Source of the DNA: a virus
IMG/VR virus record: IMGVR_UViG_3300018080_000112
Coordinates: 1 to 64,000 of that record
Length of the DNA stretch: 64,000 nt
Direction: 5' to 3' (one strand)
The translations under genes were made by a program, and so were the position numbers. This document shows positions 59,012 through 64,000 of the stretch, piece by piece. The notes under the pieces are model-generated. The model had not been told where the DNA came from and ran no database searches. It saw nothing but the letters and a program-made list of their open reading frames with translations. The number at the start of each line of letters is the position of its first letter. The first letter of the stretch is position 1.

Positions 59012-59271
59012 TCAAGACTGTTGACCTACCTAAAGAACTCAAAAAAGGCTGTTGACGATACATACTTACCTTTTCAAGACCGTTGACCCTGTTATTACGG
59101 GCAAAAAGGCTGTTGACCGTACCCGTCATGAAGCTCAAGGCTGTTGACACCTTCGCTGTTCCGCTCAAGGCTGTTGACAACGGTTTAGCCTTTTCTCAAG
59201 GCTGTTGACTATCAAGATGAGACAATCAAGGCTGTTGACTTGGACTCCCGACATCATTCAAGGTTGTTGAC
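59012..59271 (-). repeat. Short-repeat mini-array I (9 repeats)
   Basis: TCAAGGCTGTTGAC-type repeats ending at 59025, 59056, 59087, 59117, 59148, 59178, 59209, 59239, 59271. Confidence 0.9.
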
Positions 59272-59293
59272 TCAGGTGAAACTCCTAACGTCA

Positions 59294-60247
59294 TCAATCT
59301 AACATCCGCTCTAACTCACGTACACGCTCTTGTAACGACGCTCGACCACGAGCCATCACTCCCATCAACTTCCAATACACGTCATGCAAATGATCCGGCA
59401 ATAACTCGCCTTCATCCAACTTACGACCGTCTACATGAAAACCTCCCGGCGATACACGCAACTTCTCCACCTCTGAACCATCATCCGCCAAGATCACAAA
59501 TATCAGGTCCTCGACAGCACCACATCCGTCCAAAAAATCACACATCGCTCGATACACCCGCTTGTCATGCGAACTGTGTACCTTTAAACCCCAAGTCTTA
59601 TCCTCCAACAAAACGTTGTCTGCACAGAAACCGTCCGTACCAACCTCCAACACCACGCGCTCTCCCACCTTCCGCACACGACCATCAGCACCCTCCTTCT
59701 CCACCGGTAATAGAAATCGGACACGATTGCTCTCGCCAACCCCGATCTTCACACCTCCAGACCCCACAACTACTCCCACCGCGTGACGCTCATCATCGAA
59801 ATCACTCCACTGTGCGCCAGCTTCCACTACAAAACCACCACTTCGATCCAACACCCCTGACCCCGCTTCGACCCCGCCTTCCTCACCGGACCCCACAGCG
59901 GAACTCGACCCCGACAACTCACGCGACTCCAACCACTCGTAATACCCCTCCACCAAACATCGAAACTCCACCGGCGTTACCAACAACGCCTCCTCCCTGT
60001 CCGATACAAAAATTCCCTCCTCCACAAATGACTCCGCAGATTGATCCGTCACATACGGTCGCGTGTCCCCTACCTCATCTCGATAATCCGACCAAACTCG
60101 ATCACCACTCACACGCATCACAAACGAATGACCCTTCCCACGTCCACCCCAAACCTGTCCTACCTCCACACGCTGTACCATCTCCCCTACGCTCCTTTCT
60201 ATTTCCCATCCCAAACGTTCACTTATAGAGACACAACTTTTTTCCAA
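59294..60247 (-). CDS. Hypothetical Val/Gly/Glu-rich protein
   Basis: Start is likely MVQRV, after a class A promoter motif; strongly G-rich coding strand. Confidence 0.55.
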   Translation of the reverse strand: MEKSCVSISERLGWEIERSVGEMVQRVEVGQVWGGRGKGHSFVMRVSGDRVWSDYRDEVGDTRPYVTDQSAESFVEEGIFVSDREEALLVTPVEFRCLVEGYYEWLESRELSGSSSAVGSGEEGGVEAGSGVLDRSGGFVVEAGAQWSDFDDERHAVGVVVGSGGVKIGVGESNRVRFLLPVEKEGADGRVRKVGERVVLEVGTDGFCADNVLLEDKTWGLKVHSSHDKRVYRAMCDFLDGCGAVEDLIFVILADDGSEVEKLRVSPGGFHVDGRKLDEGELLPDHLHDVYWKLMGVMARGRASLQERVRELERMLD

Positions 60248-60349
60248 ATGTAACCACTACACCCATCATGAACCTATACACCAAGATTTTACCCCGCACA
60301 TATACACCCCCCTCTAACAACACAGACAAACACAGACCCACTTTCGCTG

Positions 60350-61295
60350 TCTCAATTTTTTCTCTGAAAAACTGACGCCAGAAATAATACATGACTTTTT
60401 TATCCAAATTTTTCTCAGAAAAATGTAGACCTGTTTCTTCACTGTAATTTTTCTCTGAAAAACTGAATTCCCACTAGGGGATACCTTACGATCTGCGTTT
60501 TGTAGTTTGGATAGGGGGGGGCATAAATCGCCGCCGAAAGTCGCCAAAAAGCGACCTAATCAGCGATCTGCGGCGCGTTCTCTGGTGCATGCGGCTGGCG
60601 GCTGGCGTCTCGTCCCTACATGCGTCCTTGCTATTCATTTACACGTTGTCGGCACATTCGCAAACGGCTCTGTATATACGTGTCTCTGGCAAAAGCCCCT
60701 AGCTGTTCAGATCAGCTTATCAATATGAGCTTTATGATACGGCGCAGATGATCGGCGCAACTTGTCAATATGGGCTTTATGATATGACCGTTATGATACG
60801 ACGCTTTTGCAAAACGCTCTGTATGACAACTTGTCAATATGGCGTTTATGATACGGGCTTTATGATACGGCGCTTTTCATAGAGGGCTTTATGATATGGC
60901 GTTTATGATACGGTCGTTTTGGCGACACACAAAAAATGTTAGGACCTAACCCCAAGGCGCTTCCCCTGGCATGACTTTTGACGGCGGTGAAGTACTGAAC
61001 AACTGACCGAAATTCCGAAGTACTGAACAGACCTTGGAAATCTGAGACTACTGAACAACTGACAGAAAAACGGACGGCGCGACTCCGGCGAAGAATCACT
61101 GAACAACTGACCGAAATTCGTCCGTCCAATTCCTACGCCGGACGTAGGTCAAAAAAAGCGCGAAGTCTTTTATCTCGTAGGGGGAGATTTTTTACCCGAA
61201 GTGACCTAAGTGATTGAAAATACTACGGCGAGATTTTGGCGAGATTCCGCGAGATTTGTAGGACGCGGAGCGGCTCTTGACACTGAACAGAACCG
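60350..61295. repeat. Repeat-rich non-coding region (candidate origin or terminus)
   Basis: TTTTTCTCTGAAAAACTGA x2, TTATGATAY about 7 times (60731-60911), ACTGAACA(ACTGAC) x5 (60992-61290). Confidence 0.55.
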
Positions 61296-61296
61296 A

Positions 61297-61503
61297 CTAG
61301 TTGCTTTGCGGCTTGCCTAGCAACGGACAACCGGCGGCGCACGGCATCTCGGCGCAGTCCAGATCATGCTCCGCCTGATACTCTTCGGGGTCCACATCAT
61401 CACCAAGGATTGGCGCGGCGTGATCCCGACAAGCACCTTCAGCCGATTCCTCTTGTGCAGCGCAGTGACGATCCCACGCCTCTACGTTATGATCGTAGCT
61501 CAT
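61297..61503 (-). CDS. Hypothetical protein
   Basis: GGAGG RBS. Confidence 0.5.
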   Translation of the reverse strand: MSYDHNVEAWDRHCAAQEESAEGACRDHAAPILGDDVDPEEYQAEHDLDCAEMPCAAGCPLLGKPQSN

Positions 61504-61506
61504 TGG

Positions 61507-61698
61507 TCAACCTCCATTCTGGCTTGCGTTCTCCGCTTGCTCTTGGTCCTCTTGTTCCAGTTCCTTGGCAAGCTCAACACACTCCTCCAAGGGGTCCTCA
61601 ATGGCATAACACGCGGCGACAGGGTCATAACCGCAAGAGACCTCTCCGACCTTCTCCGCGATCCACTCTAGCTTTTCTCGTAGCTTTTTCGCCTTCAT
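61507..61698 (-). CDS. Hypothetical protein
   Basis: GGAGG RBS. Confidence 0.55.
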   Translation of the reverse strand: MKAKKLREKLEWIAEKVGEVSCGYDPVAACYAIEDPLEECVELAKELEQEDQEQAENASQNGG

Positions 61699-61701
61699 CA
61701 G

Positions 61702-62121
61702 TCAACCTCCAATCCATTCCGGCTTGAGTTCTTCGGGAATGAAGTCTTCCAGAAACACATCCCACGACCCGTCATCGTACTGACGTTCAAGGATGTAGCT
61801 GTTGGGTCCAAGGACCTTGAAACGAAGCGTCGTGTCCGCCGGAGGGTTCTCTGTGCCGAGATATCCCCACTCCTCCACGTGGTCATTCTCCCAATGATCC
61901 ATAAGCTCGCCAAGGGTGAAGGTCTGCGGCTCCTTCTCAAACGACTCAAGGTGCTCGCACTGTTCCTCGAACTCTCGATCCGCTTCGGGCTGATACAGCG
62001 CTTGGCGTTGCTTGCTATGCTCATCCAGTAGCTCGTTGGCGGTCTTGTGATGCTCGACAAGCATCTTCGCTTCGCCCGGTTTCAGTCCATCCCAGAAATT
62101 GCTCATTGTCCAATCCTCCAA
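61702..62121 (-). CDS. Hypothetical acidic protein
   Basis: Follows a class B promoter motif. Confidence 0.6.
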   Translation of the reverse strand: MEDWTMSNFWDGLKPGEAKMLVEHHKTANELLDEHSKQRQALYQPEADREFEEQCEHLESFEKEPQTFTLGELMDHWENDHVEEWGYLGTENPPADTTLRFKVLGPNSYILERQYDDGSWDVFLEDFIPEELKPEWIGG

Positions 62122-62165
62122 TCCGCAAAGGGTTACACTAGATCAAGGGCAAGCCTTTTTTCTGA

Positions 62166-62684
62166 CTACTCTTCAAGCTCTTGCCACTGCAGCACACAAG
62201 GTCCGCCGCGCTCGAAAACAGGTCGCGGAATGGTCGCAAAGATCTTTTCCTGGAACATCATCTCGTCTACTTTGCGCGGACCAGGATCAAGGGTCAGTGA
62301 GTACATCCCGATCATAAAGACCTCGTTGGGGTAACGGGTCTCGAAGATCTGAACAGTCTCCGCCCCGCTTGTGACGTACCCAAACCGGCGGATATCCTCA
62401 AAGGCAATCGAGGGATAATAGCCACGCGGCTCTTTGGCGTAGTTCAGCTTGCCGGGGTCCGGGCTATCCAATAACAGCCTTGCACATTCCTTGAAGTACA
62501 ACCGCCGCTGGATCTGTTTCGCCGCTACGTACCCTTCATCTGTCAAGGTCCCGTGGGAGTCCAGCAAGCCACGGTTCTGAAGTGCTTGGACCTTTTGCTT
62601 GTGGAAGGACGGCTTGACCTTCCAGCCCTTCGAGCGGAGCACCAGCACCGCAAACAACTCTTGTCCCCTGTTCAGCTTTTTCAT
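62166..62684 (-). CDS. Hypothetical protein
   Basis: ORF track. Confidence 0.6.
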   Translation of the reverse strand: MKKLNRGQELFAVLVLRSKGWKVKPSFHKQKVQALQNRGLLDSHGTLTDEGYVAAKQIQRRLYFKECARLLLDSPDPGKLNYAKEPRGYYPSIAFEDIRRFGYVTSGAETVQIFETRYPNEVFMIGMYSLTLDPGPRKVDEMMFQEKIFATIPRPVFERGGPCVLQWQELEE

Positions 62685-63115
62685 GTATCTGTTCCTTTCG
62701 CCGGGTTCGTGATATCCCGGTAGATCTCGAAAGCTTTCCGAACCACTTCGGATTGGTCGCCCGGTACGGCTCGCACAACGGTCTCAAACAGCGCATCACT
62801 GTCGTCTTCATCATCACACTCAAAGATATCTTGATCGTGCTCATAGGACCAGTGACGCCCCGTGTTGTGGTCATAGATGTTGATCGTATGACACTTGCCA
62901 GGGAGTTCCAGATCATAGACGTAATCCGTAACATCTGCAAAGGTCTCGAAACCATGAAGGACGGCGTCAGCCTTCAGAGCGCCGTTCACAAATTCGGTGT
63001 TGCCTGTGCTGAAAAGGTACAAAGTAAACCCTTGAAGCTTCGTCATTTTACCATCTCCCGTTGTCTGTTTGTCTGTCCTACTTAGCAAGACGTTAGCCGT
63101 TTCGAGATCTGACAA
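62681..63115 (-). CDS. Hypothetical protein
   Basis: ORF track. Confidence 0.55.
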   Translation of the reverse strand: MSDLETANVLLSRTDKQTTGDGKMTKLQGFTLYLFSTGNTEFVNGALKADAVLHGFETFADVTDYVYDLELPGKCHTINIYDHNTGRHWSYEHDQDIFECDDEDDSDALFETVVRAVPGDQSEVVRKAFEIYRDITNPAKGTDT

Positions 63116-63221
63116 GGTTTCTGAAAAAGTTAGAAGCGAAGCACCTAAATAGTTAGAAGCGAAGCGCTGAAATAGTTAGGACCTACCCTTTTGGTCCGAT
63201 CTTCGCCAATCCTAACCAATC

Positions 63222-63593
63222 CTAGTCTTCCAGCAAGGGAAGCTTTTCGATGAATGCAACGGTCTCCGGAAGCGCTGTAAGCCACTTGCGCCGATAGTAG
63301 ACCTTCCAGCCCAAAGTGAGATCTTCAAGGGCACAGAAGGACGCTACAAAGGAACCGTACCAGCGAACATGTTCGGCGGTCTTGTGCTTCGGGTCCGCCT
63401 GATAAATAACCGGGTTGCCGGTACACTGCGACCGGACCTTCTTCAAGTTGTCCAATCCCGTAATCATATCGTGGGCGCGGGTCGCTTCGTGAATGAGTTC
63501 CGGAACAAATTGGGTCTTGCCTTGTTTCTGGTTCGCTTGCAATTTCATCGATCCCGCTCCTACTTCGTTAGGGTCCTGTTGGTAGAGACACAC
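63222..63593 (-). CDS. Hypothetical protein
   Basis: Start is likely MKLQA, after a class A promoter motif. Confidence 0.55.
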   Translation of the reverse strand: MCLYQQDPNEVGAGSMKLQANQKQGKTQFVPELIHEATRAHDMITGLDNLKKVRSQCTGNPVIYQADPKHKTAEHVRWYGSFVASFCALEDLTLGWKVYYRRKWLTALPETVAFIEKLPLLED

Positions 63594-63596
63594 TTT

Positions 63597-63869
63597 CTAG
63601 CAAAGTGCATCCAGGTAGCTCAGAGAAAACTGTTGTCCGTCCACCACAATCTGATCAATATCAAACGGCGCATGGTACACAACACAGCCACGGCGGACCA
63701 GCTTAGCCAGATTACGAAGCTTCGTTGTGGGCTTGCGCTGGTAGTTCACACAAACGTTCGCCGTGAATCCCAATCCCGCCGCGTTCAACTCCTGAACCAA
63801 TTCCGCCTTCGAAGATGCCTTGCGTCGTTGCCTTGCCATTGTTCCAATCCTCCGCTTGTCTGGGGTCAC
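63597..63869 (-). CDS. Hypothetical protein
   Basis: ORF track. Confidence 0.5.
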   Translation of the reverse strand: MTPDKRRIGTMARQRRKASSKAELVQELNAAGLGFTANVCVNYQRKPTTKLRNLAKLVRRGCVVYHAPFDIDQIVVDGQQFSLSYLDALC

Positions 63870-64000
63870 CTTTCGGCTCCTCCGGGTCTATTGTTGTCTG
63901 TTTGTGTTTCCGTGTCTTGTCGTGGCTCTCTCAGCCATTGATTGCTTCCAGAATGCGAACCTTCAAAGAGAGGTCATACCAGATCTCGTAACCGAACCAG

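Noticed and set aside
57979-59180. Small ORFs over arrays H and I (57979-58173, 58929-59180)
   Set aside because: The repeated STA/INS/QQP peptides come from the nucleotide repeat shifting frame.
57862-59271. Short-repeat arrays as canonical CRISPR or TIGR arrays
   Set aside because: Repeats of 13-14 nt and spacers of about 17 nt are too short for canonical CRISPR. There is one repeat type, no box C/D-like alternation and no Nop-domain gene in view.
63126-63187. Tandem AGTTAGAAGCGAAGC repeats next to a near-palindrome
   Set aside because: Only two full copies; likely a local duplication with no supportable function.
224-63941. Long plus-strand ORFs (e.g. 224-982, 1098-1856, 54209-55333)
   Set aside because: They are antisense shadows of minus-strand genes, with no recognisable motifs or RBS pattern.

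Overview
This window looks like part of a large (jumbo-type) bacteriophage genome. Short, mostly hypothetical genes are densely packed and almost all on the minus strand. Recognisable genes include thymidine kinase, dCTP deaminase, an HD nucleotidase, two radical-SAM proteins, a metallophosphoesterase and a sigma70-region-4/HTH protein. An RNA cluster holds a tmRNA, a YrlA-like Y RNA and several atypical tRNA-like genes. No structural or replication core genes are recognisable. Two RNA-guided systems stand out. (1) An IscB with all catalytic motifs present (3072-4409) has no room for a cis omegaRNA. A 5'-truncated HEARO/omegaRNA scaffold lies about 12.5 kb away (16960-17256). About 50 co-oriented 13-14 nt repeats (GTCAACAGCCTTGA on the transcribed strand), separated by about 16-18 nt unique spacers, form 8-9 dispersed intergenic mini-arrays. 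Together these suggest a split, multi-guide crRNA/tracr-like IscB system. (2) A TnpB with an intact RuvC triad (45672-46835) is flanked by two copies of a cassette made of a TnpB reRNA-like scaffold carrying an anti-repeat plus a 4-repeat type I-E-like CRISPR array. The anti-repeat and repeats co-vary between the two copies, suggesting a TnpB-to-Cas12 intermediate. Also present are two families of repeated promoter-like motifs, 13 copies of a 13-bp palindrome, and a repeat-rich non-coding region near 60.3-61.3 kb. All calls come from reading the sequence by eye; no database searches were run.
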